Counted from the stretch's first letter, positions 30,350 through 40,333 are shown. The stretch is 64,000 nt of DNA from an uncultured Nitrososphaeria archaeon (GCA_964655015.1 CAZZKR010000022.1:6583-70582), one strand, 5' to 3'. The notes: a model not told the origin generated them from the sequence alone. Numbers and translations are program-made.

Positions 30350-31736
30350 TCAGGACTTTAACATCTTCTACGACACCAGAAAAAGTCTTCTTTAGGCGGG
30401 AGACCACGTTATTGTCACCCGGCAACAGCTTTGCCTTTATTACCATATCCACATCACCGTAAACTTCATCGATACTTTCCACATCATCCCATGCTACGAG
30501 CTCGCTTATTATCTTCGATACTGGGAACTGAGGCTTTAGCCTTATCAGGATGTATGCATTTTCAGCTCCGAACAAACTTGAGACGTCCTCCATCGTGATG
30601 GGTATGCCGGCGTTCACCAGAATTTCCCTAACCTCTGAGGGTAGGAGTCTCCTTCCCTTGCTGCTCGCAGTAGAGGCGAGAAGTTCTGTAATCTTCCTTG
30701 CCTCGTCATCTTTGATTCCGTATTTTGATAGAAGTTTTTCAACAATCTTATGGCTCAAGTAGGGAGTGGCTTCAAACATGAGGCTTCCATTGAAGTCGTA
30801 TATCAGCTTCTTTTCGGGAACATATCCCTTCGGCATCTTAACAACCATAGATTGATGCACACCTGCTCTAACAGTTCTTGCCTCTTTTGAAAGCGGATGA
30901 GAAAAGTAGGGTCTTATGCCTGTAAGCCTTGAAAATTTTTCGTAAAGCTTAGAAATAGCCTCTCGCTTCACACCGGTGCTTATGTTGTATAAATCCTCCA
31001 GCCCCGCAACAACCTCATAGAGGTCAGCTATTCCGTTCCTGTCACCAATTCCGAGTATGCACACGTGCACCTCGTCCGCACCTTCGGCTGCCGCCTCGAC
31101 GGTGTTGGCTGAGGCATAACCGTAGTCGTTGTGAAAGTGACATGCTATTGGAGTCTTGCATTTCTGCTTTACCTTCGATACAAAATCCCTGGCTTGAGTT
31201 GGAGATAACATGCCAGCGGTGTCTGGTATGCTGACCAAGCTGGCACCAACATCACCCAACAAGTCAATAAGCTTCACGAGCTTCTCCATACCAGCTGGGC
31301 CCTCTAAGTAAAACCTGCTCGCATCCTCTACTGTCGCTCTTATGTACTTAAAACCGAAGGATTTTGCTAACTCTATTGATTCCTCCATTCTCTGAACGGC
31401 TTCCTCATAAGATATGCCGCCCAGCTTATACTCTCTATGGATGTCTGTTGGTGCAAGATAGAGGGCACAACCTTCGATGTCGTACTTACTCATAGCCTCT
31501 ATATCTCTTTGATAGGCCCTGCCGTGCATCACAACCTCCACATCGTAAGGGCTCAGTGCATCTACAATGCATGCAACATCCTCGTACGTGGTCCTAGGCG
31601 GATAATCGACTGTTAGCTCTATCCTTGGAATGTTTATCTCCGCTAGCTGAACGGCTATCTGCTTGTTAACCTCACGACTAAAAATCCTGTAAAGTTGACC
31701 TTCGCGCAACGTCGAATCGAGGATAACCGGCCCCAT
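30339..31736 (-). CDS. Homocitrate/2-isopropylmalate synthase family enzyme with a C-terminal RAM/ACT-like regulatory domain
   Basis: HMGL-like barrel (DSTLREGQ, HFHNDYG). The C-terminal roughly 75 aa (AYILIRLKP...VYGDVDMVIKAKL) resemble an AsnC/Lrp-type RAM domain. Confidence 0.75.
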   Translation of the reverse strand: MGPVILDSTLREGQLYRIFSREVNKQIAVQLAEINIPRIELTVDYPPRTTYEDVACIVDALSPYDVEVVMHGRAYQRDIEAMSKYDIEGCALYLAPTDIHREYKLGGISYEEAVQRMEESIELAKSFGFKYIRATVEDASRFYLEGPAGMEKLVKLIDLLGDVGASLVSIPDTAGMLSPTQARDFVSKVKQKCKTPIACHFHNDYGYASANTVEAAAEGADEVHVCILGIGDRNGIADLYEVVAGLEDLYNISTGVKREAISKLYEKFSRLTGIRPYFSHPLSKEARTVRAGVHQSMVVKMPKGYVPEKKLIYDFNGSLMFEATPYLSHKIVEKLLSKYGIKDDEARKITELLASTASSKGRRLLPSEVREILVNAGIPITMEDVSSLFGAENAYILIRLKPQFPVSKIISELVAWDDVESIDEVYGDVDMVIKAKLLPGDNNVVSRLKKTFSGVVEDVKVLITD

Positions 31737-31880
31737 GTCCGATCCGTGTGTCTATCGTTTACTATAATGCGTATTTAAGAATAATGTTTACGTTTTTCGT
31801 AAAAAAATGCGCATATATTTCCATTAAAGTGAAAATTTATTCCGAAAAATTTCAAGAAAGATATATCCTTGATATTAGGG

Positions 31881-32537
31881 CTAAACTTCGGCGAGCACGA
31901 CACAGGGCGCGCTATCGATGCCCTCTATGAAAAGAGGCAAGACTATTACCGTTTTTGGACTTTCAACGAGCTTAGAGAGGTCCATATCCTCTATAATAAA
32001 GAAATCCCGGCCACTCAGCAATATCTTATGCGAAAGCCTACCATCTTCCCTATGGTCGACGGAAGACAAGGATACGGTGTCCAAACCTAAGGCCCTGAGC
32101 TTCGGAAAGTTCTTAACGATGTAGCTGGCAGCATCGGAGGAGAAACCTGGGTTGTGCATGCTATACCTTTCGGGGTTGGATTCCCTGAACCTCTGGAAGC
32201 CGGTCTTTATTAGGAGTATATCAGATTCCGCAATCTTCTCCTTATATGCCGTCAAATCCTCGGCTGTGATAAGCTCTGAATCTTGCTTCGGTATGTTAAG
32301 CAGCAAAGGTCTTCTAAATGTTAAGTCCTCTATTCCATACTCTGCTATCGAGCGTCCGGAGGGGTCGAAGTGTCGAGGAGCATCTATATGTGTTCCCAAA
32401 TGGTTTGGCATCTCTATTAGGTAGCTGTTGCTGCTGTCACCCTTGGCTATTTGCTTTAGCGGCTTCAGTGTAAGACCTGGACCTCCGGCATATGCTGGTG
32501 TCGTTGTGCTGAGCTTATGCGAAAGTAGTATAAACAT
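31881..32537 (-). CDS. Cyclase-family metal-dependent hydrolase (kynurenine formamidase-like)
   Basis: HLGTHIDAPRHF motif. Confidence 0.75.
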   Translation of the reverse strand: MFILLSHKLSTTTPAYAGGPGLTLKPLKQIAKGDSSNSYLIEMPNHLGTHIDAPRHFDPSGRSIAEYGIEDLTFRRPLLLNIPKQDSELITAEDLTAYKEKIAESDILLIKTGFQRFRESNPERYSMHNPGFSSDAASYIVKNFPKLRALGLDTVSLSSVDHREDGRLSHKILLSGRDFFIIEDMDLSKLVESPKTVIVLPLFIEGIDSAPCVVLAEV

Positions 32538-32637
32538 AGACCCAACCCGATTTGACCAATATATCGTATCGTTAAATAAAAAATATTTTAGGATTTATTA
32601 GTAAGGCTAAATAGGGTCTAGTTCCGCTTACGGGTAG

Positions 32638-33678
32638 GTGAATATGAGAACGCTTAGGCTGGGTTATTGGGCGGCGCAAGAACAATATGATCCAGTCCGT
32701 TTGCTGGACTTTGCGGTTAGAGCAGAGGTCGCGGGTTTTGACATAATAGCCACGAGCGACCACTTCCATCCATGGCGTGACACTGGTGGACAGGCGGGTT
32801 TCCCGTGGGTCTGGCTTGCAGCGGTTGCGGAAAGAACGAAAAGAGTTCAGGTAGGTACTGCTGTGACCACGCCGATGTTTAGGTATCATCCGGCAATCGT
32901 GGCCCAAGCTTTCGCAACGCTAGATTATATGTACCCTGGCAGAGTATTCTTGACAGTCGGCACGGGCCATGCTATGAATGAAAAACCTTTGGGATTTGAA
33001 TGGCCAGGTTTTGAAGAGAAGGTCGGAAGACTTGAGGAAGCTATCAAAATAATACTAGAGCTATGGAAGGGCGATTTCGTAAATTTTGAGGGGAAGTACT
33101 ACAGACTGAGTAACGCGAAGCTCTACACAAAGCCAAAGACGAAGATACCGATTTATGTGGCATCAGCATGTCCAAAGGTTGCGAAGATCGCCGGAAGGCT
33201 TTGCGACGGTATGCTGATAAATCCTAGGGGCCTTGAGAAATACTACGAGATAGTTCGTGCTATGGAGAAGGCTGCAATAGAGGCAGGAAGAGACCCTTCA
33301 ACGCTTGTAAAGTCTATGGAATTCAAAGTATCGTACGATGTGGATTATGATAGGGCATTGAACTCTGCCCTCTTCTGGGCGTCAACAGCTATACCGAGGG
33401 AGAAGCGGGAAAAGCTTTACGACCCGAGAGATTTAGAGGCCAACGTCGGTCCAGAAGAGGTAGAAAAAATCAAAAAAACGTGGCTTATTACGACCGATCC
33501 AGACGACATATTCAAGGAACTTGCGGAATTCCTTAAACTGAGGCTTGACATAGTATACATACACAGTGCTAGCCCAGATGAGGAAAAGTTCATCAGCATT
33601 CTTGGAAGGGATATACTGCCTTGGATGAGGGAATTCCACGAAATGCTGGATAAACCTATAAGGAAAGTTGTTGAGTAA
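32638..33678 (+). CDS. fgd: F420-dependent glucose-6-phosphate dehydrogenase-like LLM oxidoreductase
   Basis: Recalled alignment to mycobacterial FGD1 shows long shared blocks: LGY.A..EQ, SDHF.PWR..GG, AV.ERT.R...GT.V.TP.FRY.PA..AQAFAT, RVFL.VGTG.A.NE, LW.GD.V.F.G.YYRL. Confidence 0.75.
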   Translation: MNMRTLRLGYWAAQEQYDPVRLLDFAVRAEVAGFDIIATSDHFHPWRDTGGQAGFPWVWLAAVAERTKRVQVGTAVTTPMFRYHPAIVAQAFATLDYMYPGRVFLTVGTGHAMNEKPLGFEWPGFEEKVGRLEEAIKIILELWKGDFVNFEGKYYRLSNAKLYTKPKTKIPIYVASACPKVAKIAGRLCDGMLINPRGLEKYYEIVRAMEKAAIEAGRDPSTLVKSMEFKVSYDVDYDRALNSALFWASTAIPREKREKLYDPRDLEANVGPEEVEKIKKTWLITTDPDDIFKELAEFLKLRLDIVYIHSASPDEEKFISILGRDILPWMREFHEMLDKPIRKVVE

Positions 33679-33679
33679 C

Positions 33680-34837
33680 TCACATTACTGAATGGTACCA
33701 TTTGAGTATGTATTCAGGGAGCTTTAGGCCGCGTTCTTCGATACGACCAACCAAGTATATAGGCAAAGGACTTAGCGCGAATGCTGCCTTGATGTAAAAA
33801 TCGCTGGGTTTGCCAGGAACCCTCTCGCCACTTATTACATACGATTCATCGGCAATTGATTGTAGTGTTGAACCAGGTCTTCCCACTATGGCAGCAAGCT
33901 TGCCGCCAAGCCTTTTGAAGTTCTTGCACCAACTCAGAACTATCTCGGTCTCGCCACTTTGAGAAATAACTATCAAAATGTCACCAGCCCTTGGAGCGGG
34001 TGTACTCGACTCGCCCGCAACGTATACATGGTCACCTATCGCCCTCTTCACGTGTCCAACCCTTACGGCGGTCATCCTGGCAACTTCCTGACCGCTACCG
34101 AGACCGGCAAAGAAGCACGCTTTTCTCTCCTCCAGATTATCCAACAAGAATTCAAAGAATTTTGACTTGATAATGTCATCTACCATGCTACCGATCTCTA
34201 CTGAAAGTGGGCGTATGTAATCCCGTATCTTTTCTGGTGGCTTCTCATCGTTCATGGCACATGCCATGCCGTAAAGCAATACCATGCTACTCAAGATGAA
34301 CACGTCCTCCAGTATACCATACGCTTGGAATTCCCTTGCTTCACCCTCTGTCCGTTTATTCTCCTCCCGTCCCTTGATTACGAGCACGTTTCCGTATTTC
34401 TCACCCAATTTTCCTATTGGCGAGTTGGGGTCAGAGGTCATGACGTCTATGCTGAAGTTTTTAACATCTCCTGTCTTTTCGATGTAAAGGGCCATGCTTT
34501 GAGCGTCTATAAGGGGCATGAGCGATTTTCCGCTACCGCTGTTTATCAGTAGACTTACATAACCGTATCTATGCTTTAGGATTGGTGCCGCCTCGGAAAT
34601 GCTCCTTCCTGGAAAACCAAGGTCGCTCCTGTCCACTATTATCTTCCCTTTGCTCATCTTGGCCATTTCGCTGCATATTATGCTGAGCGCGCCCTTGGAC
34701 CTTCCCTCGGCCGATGGGATTATCACACCGCTCTTCACGAGACTATAATAGAAATTCTCCTGTTGCGTTGCGTCAACGAGCTCTATATTTTGAAATATCC
34801 TATTAATGTAACCTAAACTACTAACGGCTTGGGTCAT
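33680..34837 (-). CDS. Double-SIS-domain sugar-phosphate isomerase-like protein
   Basis: SIS motifs: NSGSGKS and VISQSGETE. Confidence 0.65.
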   Translation of the reverse strand: MTQAVSSLGYINRIFQNIELVDATQQENFYYSLVKSGVIIPSAEGRSKGALSIICSEMAKMSKGKIIVDRSDLGFPGRSISEAAPILKHRYGYVSLLINSGSGKSLMPLIDAQSMALYIEKTGDVKNFSIDVMTSDPNSPIGKLGEKYGNVLVIKGREENKRTEGEAREFQAYGILEDVFILSSMVLLYGMACAMNDEKPPEKIRDYIRPLSVEIGSMVDDIIKSKFFEFLLDNLEERKACFFAGLGSGQEVARMTAVRVGHVKRAIGDHVYVAGESSTPAPRAGDILIVISQSGETEIVLSWCKNFKRLGGKLAAIVGRPGSTLQSIADESYVISGERVPGKPSDFYIKAAFALSPLPIYLVGRIEERGLKLPEYILKWYHSVM

Positions 34838-34935
34838 GTTTCTCGAAATCCATGAAGAAAGGTTAGAATTATAGTTTTATGCCGGCACGTCGTTTTGGTC
34901 ACGATAAGCTTTTTTTGCTAGCTTGAAGAACAAAT

Positions 34936-36348
34936 ATGGTTATGCGGGGGTCGGACGTAGGGCTTATAGGACTCGCGACTATGGGTGCTAACCTTGCCCT
35001 CAACATCGAAAACAAGGGGTTTGCTATATCAGTTTACAATAGAACCGCAGAGAAGACCAGGGCATTTATGGAGCATAAGGCGAAGGGAAAAAACATATCC
35101 GCACACTTTTCATTGGAGGACTTTGTTAAATCTCTCAATAAACCTCGTAGGATAATATTGATGGTTAAGGCGGGTGAAGCAGTTGATGAATTTCTCAACC
35201 AGCTGATGGCATGGCTCGAGCCGGGAGATGTTGTTGTAGATGGTGGTAATTCACACTTCAAAGATACTGAAAGAAGGATGAAGAGGCTTGGAGAGCACGG
35301 TATACACTTCATGGGTGTTGGGATAAGTGGTGGCGAGGAGGGTGCGCTGAAAGGACCTTGTATAATGGCTGGCGGTCCTCCGGAGGCTGAGGAACTCATG
35401 AGACCTATATTCGTAAAGATTGCCGCAAAGGTTGAAGGTGAAGCATGCTACGGTTACATGGGTTCCGGCGGTGCTGGTCACTTCGTGAAGATGGTGCACA
35501 ACGGCATCGAGTACGCGATAATGCAGGCCATAGCAGAAGTTTATGATACCTTCACGACCTTGCTCGGGTTAGATGCTGCGACCATCTCAGAAATATTTGC
35601 TGAGTGGAATGCTGGTGAGCTAAACTCCTTCCTCTTAGAGATAACCTCTGAAGTTCTGACAAAGATGGATGATGAGACTAAGAGGCCACTTGTTGAGCTA
35701 ATATTGGACAGGGCAGGTCAAAAAGGAACCGGAAAGTGGACATCGCAGACAGCAATGGACTTGGGCGTGCCCGTACCTACAATTGACGCTGCGGTTTCTG
35801 CAAGAAACCTATCATCGTTGAAAGAGGAAAGGGTCGCAGCATCTAAACTCATAAAATATACAGCAGATGTAAAGCATGTTGACAAATCGTCTCTTATAAA
35901 TGCGGCAAGGTCTTCTCTCTATTGCACGATGCTCATAGCGTTTGCCCAAGGTATGTCCCTCATATCTACGGCGTCAAAGGAATTCGGCTATGCCACAAAG
36001 CTTGGGGAGGTGGCCAAGATATGGAGGGGTGGGTGTATCATAAGAGCGAGACTACTTAACATGATAATGGATGTTTACTCCAGAAGACCAGACCTGGCGA
36101 ATCTTCTGCTCGATAGTGCTTATGCAAAAGAGTTGTGCGATAGGCAAGTGGAATGGAGGTCATTCGTGAGCACGGCAAAACTTAATGGCATCCCATGCCC
36201 TGCGATAACTTCTGCCTTGGACTACTTTGACGGCTTTAGGCGTGAACGTTTACCAGCAAACCTCATACAAGCATTAAGGGACCGCTTCGGTGCGCATGGA
36301 TACGAGAGAATTGACAAGCCGGGAACTTTTCACACAGAGTGGGTTTAA
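34936..36348 (+). CDS. gnd: 6-phosphogluconate dehydrogenase (decarboxylating)
   Basis: GLIGLATMGANLALN Rossmann motif, GVGISGGEEGA, HFVKMVHNGIEY, RDRFGAHGYER. Confidence 0.95.
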   Translation: MVMRGSDVGLIGLATMGANLALNIENKGFAISVYNRTAEKTRAFMEHKAKGKNISAHFSLEDFVKSLNKPRRIILMVKAGEAVDEFLNQLMAWLEPGDVVVDGGNSHFKDTERRMKRLGEHGIHFMGVGISGGEEGALKGPCIMAGGPPEAEELMRPIFVKIAAKVEGEACYGYMGSGGAGHFVKMVHNGIEYAIMQAIAEVYDTFTTLLGLDAATISEIFAEWNAGELNSFLLEITSEVLTKMDDETKRPLVELILDRAGQKGTGKWTSQTAMDLGVPVPTIDAAVSARNLSSLKEERVAASKLIKYTADVKHVDKSSLINAARSSLYCTMLIAFAQGMSLISTASKEFGYATKLGEVAKIWRGGCIIRARLLNMIMDVYSRRPDLANLLLDSAYAKELCDRQVEWRSFVSTAKLNGIPCPAITSALDYFDGFRRERLPANLIQALRDRFGAHGYERIDKPGTFHTEWV

Positions 36349-36355
36349 TAAATTC

Positions 36356-36910
36356 TCAGAACTTTAACACGTGCGTTTTTATGAATAAGTACGCCTCCTC
36401 CAAGTTCATGACGCGCTTTATCCTGTCGGTATCCTTCACGTATCTGTTCCATGGCCTATCGTACAAGGCTACATGCTTTCCTGCAGATGCTATCTCCTCG
36501 GCGTTGACTGGAGAGTCGTCTATGTAAACATCATAGTCGAGTTCTGACTTATTGCTTTTAACGAACACTATGTTCTTATTACCAAGTCCATGCCTTTCCA
36601 ACCACTTTAGGACGTATTCTCTAGTATTCTTCGGCCTCGAGGTTACAATATCGACTTTTCCCAACTCCTCTAACATGGATACCTTAGAAACAAGATCCGG
36701 CTCCGTTGGTGGTATTAGTTGCCAATTTTTCCACGTCTTGTAGAATATTCTATGAAACTCGCCCGAGGTGATTCCCAACTCCTTCCAAAAATCCCAAGAT
36801 TTTACGTCTTCGAGCTTAAGCGAGCTACCCTTCAACGCATTCCATATCGCCAGCCACACTGATATGCTGTCAGCTAAGACACCATCAAGGTCTAGCGCTA
36901 TCTTCAACAT
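36356..36910 (-). CDS. HAD-superfamily 5'(3')-deoxyribonucleotidase-like phosphatase
   Basis: DLDGVLAD motif I; NT5C-like size and layout. Confidence 0.65.
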   Translation of the reverse strand: MLKIALDLDGVLADSISVWLAIWNALKGSSLKLEDVKSWDFWKELGITSGEFHRIFYKTWKNWQLIPPTEPDLVSKVSMLEELGKVDIVTSRPKNTREYVLKWLERHGLGNKNIVFVKSNKSELDYDVYIDDSPVNAEEIASAGKHVALYDRPWNRYVKDTDRIKRVMNLEEAYLFIKTHVLKF

Positions 36911-36934
36911 TATTAAGACACGACGGAGTCGATA

Positions 36935-37393
36935 TTAAGCCTTTGACCCGAACCCCTCGGCTATTCTCTTGACCTCTTTCAGAACCTCATCACCGTATCC
37001 GTGTTGTTTCAATCCTTTTTGCATCATCGCAAGGTATTCTGCCGACGGTTTAACGAATTGTCTCGGATTAGCGGCGACGTATGTCACGGCTTCAACCTCA
37101 CCATCGTCCGTCTTCACGATTACCTTCCTTCTAAGGTAAATGTTTGGAACACCCTCGTACCTATCCAAAACCTTTAGCTGTTCTTCATCAAGCAAATAAA
37201 CCGCACCATAAACCTTGGAGTTGCTTTCTTCCACTATATTTGCCACACCACCTCCCCAGCTTTTCGAGAAAACACCAAAGCTCAACCTGTAACCCTCCAA
37301 CACACCCCTTTTACAATCCTTCCATTCACCAACCCTTTTCCTCATCAACTCCTTGTTGAGGTTGGCACCATAAGCGAAGTACCAAACAGCCAT
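36935..37393 (-). CDS. Gamma-glutamylcyclotransferase/AIG2-like protein
   Basis: YFAYGANL N-terminal motif; E..Y..V pattern. Confidence 0.7.
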   Translation of the reverse strand: MAVWYFAYGANLNKELMRKRVGEWKDCKRGVLEGYRLSFGVFSKSWGGGVANIVEESNSKVYGAVYLLDEEQLKVLDRYEGVPNIYLRRKVIVKTDDGEVEAVTYVAANPRQFVKPSAEYLAMMQKGLKQHGYGDEVLKEVKRIAEGFGSKA

Positions 37394-37428
37394 TCCAAAA
37401 CAGGATTGTTATGGATATTCAAAAATGT

Positions 37429-37914
37429 TTATATGCGTACTATCCTGGCCTTAACGGTATCCCCGATTTCTAATACACCATAGGAAGCGTAAGCAGCCGG
37501 CCAAGCACCGGTTGAGCTACCCGGGTTGAGGTACAGGATGTTATCCCGGACCTCGTTCTTTGGTTTATGGGTATGGCCGTAGATTATGACATCAACTTTC
37601 TCGAACTTTCTCCTTATTCTCTCCTCGATTCTTAGTGGTGGCCCGCCCTCGGCAGGGTGGCATATCCCTATTACGAAACCACGAACCTCGAGTAACTCGA
37701 CATCCGGAAGCAGAGCCTTCACCTCCGGCGAGTCCATGTTACCACGAACGCCCTTAAAGTTCCCGTAAGTTTTTAATTCATCGACGAGGTTTGCCTCTGT
37801 GAAATCTCCAGCATGAACCACCCAGTCTGCATTAGCAAGCTCGTCCAAAATTTTACTCGGTAACGAACTCAAACTGGACACATGGGAATCCGAGAGGGCG
37901 ATGACCTTAATCAT
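37429..37914 (-). CDS. YfcE/MJ0936-family metallophosphoesterase
   Basis: SDSH, HAGD, GNMD, GHTH motifs in about 160 aa. Confidence 0.8.
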   Translation of the reverse strand: MIKVIALSDSHVSSLSSLPSKILDELANADWVVHAGDFTEANLVDELKTYGNFKGVRGNMDSPEVKALLPDVELLEVRGFVIGICHPAEGGPPLRIEERIRRKFEKVDVIIYGHTHKPKNEVRDNILYLNPGSSTGAWPAAYASYGVLEIGDTVKARIVRI

Positions 37915-37960
37915 CGATACCCTAGACTTTCGGGTTTACTTAAAAATATTACACAGGTGC

Positions 37961-38800
37961 TTATATGTCAGTCGCAGCTGGGTACGAGCCCAAAACCTTT
38001 AGGAAGACCGTCTTATCCTTTAGCGCTTCTAGACAATGCTTTATGGGTTCATCTGAAACATGCCCCTCGAAGTCTACGTAGAAATTGTACTCCCAGGGCG
38101 TCTTCTTCGTCGGCCTCGATACCAACATCGTCAGGTTGATCTTCCTTTTTGCGAATTCCTCGAGTGCCATGTAGAGTGCACCGGGCACGTGCTTTGTTGT
38201 GAAAATTATTGAGGTTTTATCCTTACCAGTTCTTGGATTTTGTTCCTTGCCAATCACTAAGAACCTCGTGTAATTTGTAGCGAAGTCTTCTATGCCTTTT
38301 TGAAGAATCTTCATCCCATATATCTCGGCGGCCAGCTCGCTCGCGATTGCCGCGGCATCCTTTATGTTAGATTCCTTCAGCATCTTCACGCTTCCAGCAG
38401 TATCATAATATGGGATGGTTTCCCAGCCCATAGCCCTGAGGTAAGACCTGCACTGCGCGAGCGCTTGAGGGTGCGAGTAAACGCGTTTTATGTCAGCGAT
38501 TGTGGCATCCGCAATTGCTATAAGGCAGTGAACTATTCTTAGCTTCACTTCGCCCACAACATGCAAGTTAGTCTCGAGAAGCATGTCGTAGGTCTCATTA
38601 ACACTGCCCTCCAACGAATTCTCGAATGGTACGACGCCATACTTGGCCTCGGACGCCTCAACAACCTCGAAGACATCTGCTATCGTCTTCTGCGGTAGGG
38701 CGTTTATCGTCCCGAAGAACTTTAAGGCAGCTATGTGACTGTAAGCACCAAGCTCGCCCTGAAAAGCGACGGTCACACCACCGCTCATACTAAACCCCAA
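37961..38800 (-). CDS. pheA: Prephenate dehydratase (PDT plus ACT domains)
   Basis: FQGELGAYSH, ENSLEGSV, TRFLVIG, ESRP-like VSRPTKK and a C-terminal ACT domain. Confidence 0.9.
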   Translation of the reverse strand: MGFSMSGGVTVAFQGELGAYSHIAALKFFGTINALPQKTIADVFEVVEASEAKYGVVPFENSLEGSVNETYDMLLETNLHVVGEVKLRIVHCLIAIADATIADIKRVYSHPQALAQCRSYLRAMGWETIPYYDTAGSVKMLKESNIKDAAAIASELAAEIYGMKILQKGIEDFATNYTRFLVIGKEQNPRTGKDKTSIIFTTKHVPGALYMALEEFAKRKINLTMLVSRPTKKTPWEYNFYVDFEGHVSDEPIKHCLEALKDKTVFLKVLGSYPAATDI

Positions 38801-38813
38801 AAAGCATCGTCCC

Positions 38814-39356
38814 TTACTTATCCGTTACGTAGAGAGCCCTTCTGACAGCCTCCTCCAACATAAAGCCCATGACATTTATCGCCAACACGGAACCTATGGC
38901 CACGCCTAAGATAACGGCAAGCAGACCAGGCAATTCTAGGCCAAGGATATTATAGGAGCCGGGCATGCCCACTAAAACCCAGAGGTAACTCCCCACTATC
39001 AACGTGACAACAGCTGTCTGGACAAGCGTTGCGGCAAATCTTCTCACAATATCACCGTGCCTTCCTATCAACCATGCAAGGTAGCAGGCGAGAAAGTTGG
39101 CAACAGAACCCCCTGTCACGTCTATCACGGATGCACCGCCAAAAAGTATCAGACCACCAGCGTAATTGGCAACTGCACAACCTATGGATAGGCCGTACGC
39201 TGCCGGGACTCCAAATACTATCGAGAGTGGAAGAAGAGCATCAGCAACCCTCAACTGAAAAGGTAAGAAGCTGAAGGGCGCAAAGGTCACCACCAAGACT
39301 GCGTAAAGGGATGCCAGAACCGACGATATCGCTAAATTCTTTGCACTAATCTTCAA
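38814..39356 (-). CDS. QueT-like transporter family membrane protein
   Basis: LYAVLVVTFAPFSF.PFQLRVADALLPLSIVFG resembles the QueT family N-terminus; 5-6 TM. Confidence 0.5.
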   Translation of the reverse strand: MKISAKNLAISSVLASLYAVLVVTFAPFSFLPFQLRVADALLPLSIVFGVPAAYGLSIGCAVANYAGGLILFGGASVIDVTGGSVANFLACYLAWLIGRHGDIVRRFAATLVQTAVVTLIVGSYLWVLVGMPGSYNILGLELPGLLAVILGVAIGSVLAINVMGFMLEEAVRRALYVTDK

Positions 39357-39508
39357 GTCGTACGACCTCCTAATTTACACCGGTTGCTTAGCGAGTATAT
39401 CAGGAACACAATCGGTTTAGTTTTTTAAGCACAAGGTGCCTTAAATGCTTATTATCAATAGGTTTTAAGAAAACAGATTAATAGAGGCGATGTTTTTGCC
39501 CGTAGATA

Positions 39509-39937
39509 ATGATGTTGCGACCCCTGCAGGTGAAGGTTGTAAGTATAGACGCACTCATTGAACATGAGGAGATAGACCCCGTGCACTTAGAGGAGCTTAA
39601 GGCAGAGATAATTAGCGACGGCTACCTTAGGAAGTCCTTGGCAGTAGACTACAAAACCATGGTAATCCTAGATGGGCACCACCGTTACAACATACTGAAA
39701 AGGCTTGGGTGCAGTAGGGTTCCTGTGTCGTTCTTCGATTACGATTCGCCGCTTATAGTGGTGGAACCGGGGCCGCTTGGGCTACCTGTTTCCAAGGATA
39801 TCGTGAGAGATGCTGGCCTAAAAAGGAGAAAACTACCTCCGAAGTCAACCTACCACATGGTCATAACCGATTCTGGGAGGGTCCATCTGTCGGAATTCGA
39901 GCTGGACGTCTACGCTCCCTTGGAAACGCTAAAGTAA
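39509..39937 (+). CDS. ParB/sulfiredoxin-like nuclease-domain protein
   Basis: EEIDP...LDGHHRY motif. Confidence 0.6.
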   Translation: MMLRPLQVKVVSIDALIEHEEIDPVHLEELKAEIISDGYLRKSLAVDYKTMVILDGHHRYNILKRLGCSRVPVSFFDYDSPLIVVEPGPLGLPVSKDIVRDAGLKRRKLPPKSTYHMVITDSGRVHLSEFELDVYAPLETLK

Positions 39938-39985
39938 AAGTAGAGGATATCTCTATAATTGCTGGTGGGCTACAATAGACAGGAA

Positions 39986-40087
39986 GCGGGGGTTGCCAAG
40001 CCTGGTCAACGGCGCAGGGCTCAGATTCTTTTGTGAGGGGAGACCCTGTCCCGTAGGGGTTCGTGGGTTCAAATCCCACCCCCCGCA
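39986..40087 (+). tRNA. tRNA-Leu(CAG) with a 17-nt intron at 37/38
   Basis: Hand fold: acceptor GCGGGGG/CCCCCGC, D arm GCC-AAGCCTGGTCAAC-GGC, anticodon stem CAGGG/CCCTG, loop CU-CAG-A[intron]A, long variable arm, T arm GTGGG-TTCAAAT-CCCAC. Confidence 0.85.
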
Positions 40088-40333
40088 TTTCATTAAAAAT
40101 TTCAATTGAGGGAGTAAAGGTTGGCGATATGCTCATTGTTAAGTCGGGCGAAAATGCCTTTTGATTCTTGATAGACGAAGTCTACACATGAGTCAGATAG
40201 TACAAAATCTCAAAATTAATCAATCAACGGCAAACTCATACGTGTGAAACATAATAGGATCAATTTCAACTTTAAACTTAAAAGTGGGAACTGCCGCAAA
40301 ACAAATCTATAAACAATAAATTTAAATTGTTTT

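Noticed and set aside
39357-39508. Possible preQ1-type riboswitch upstream of the QueT-like gene
   Set aside because: I could not recognise a preQ1 aptamer-like hairpin or A-rich tail by eye, and such riboswitches are essentially bacterial. The case is unsupported.
39861-40136. 91-aa minus-strand ORF
   Set aside because: It lies entirely over tRNA-Leu(CAG) (39986-40087). Its peptide (…GVGFEPTNPYG…) is simply the antisense reading of the T arm and acceptor, so it is spurious.
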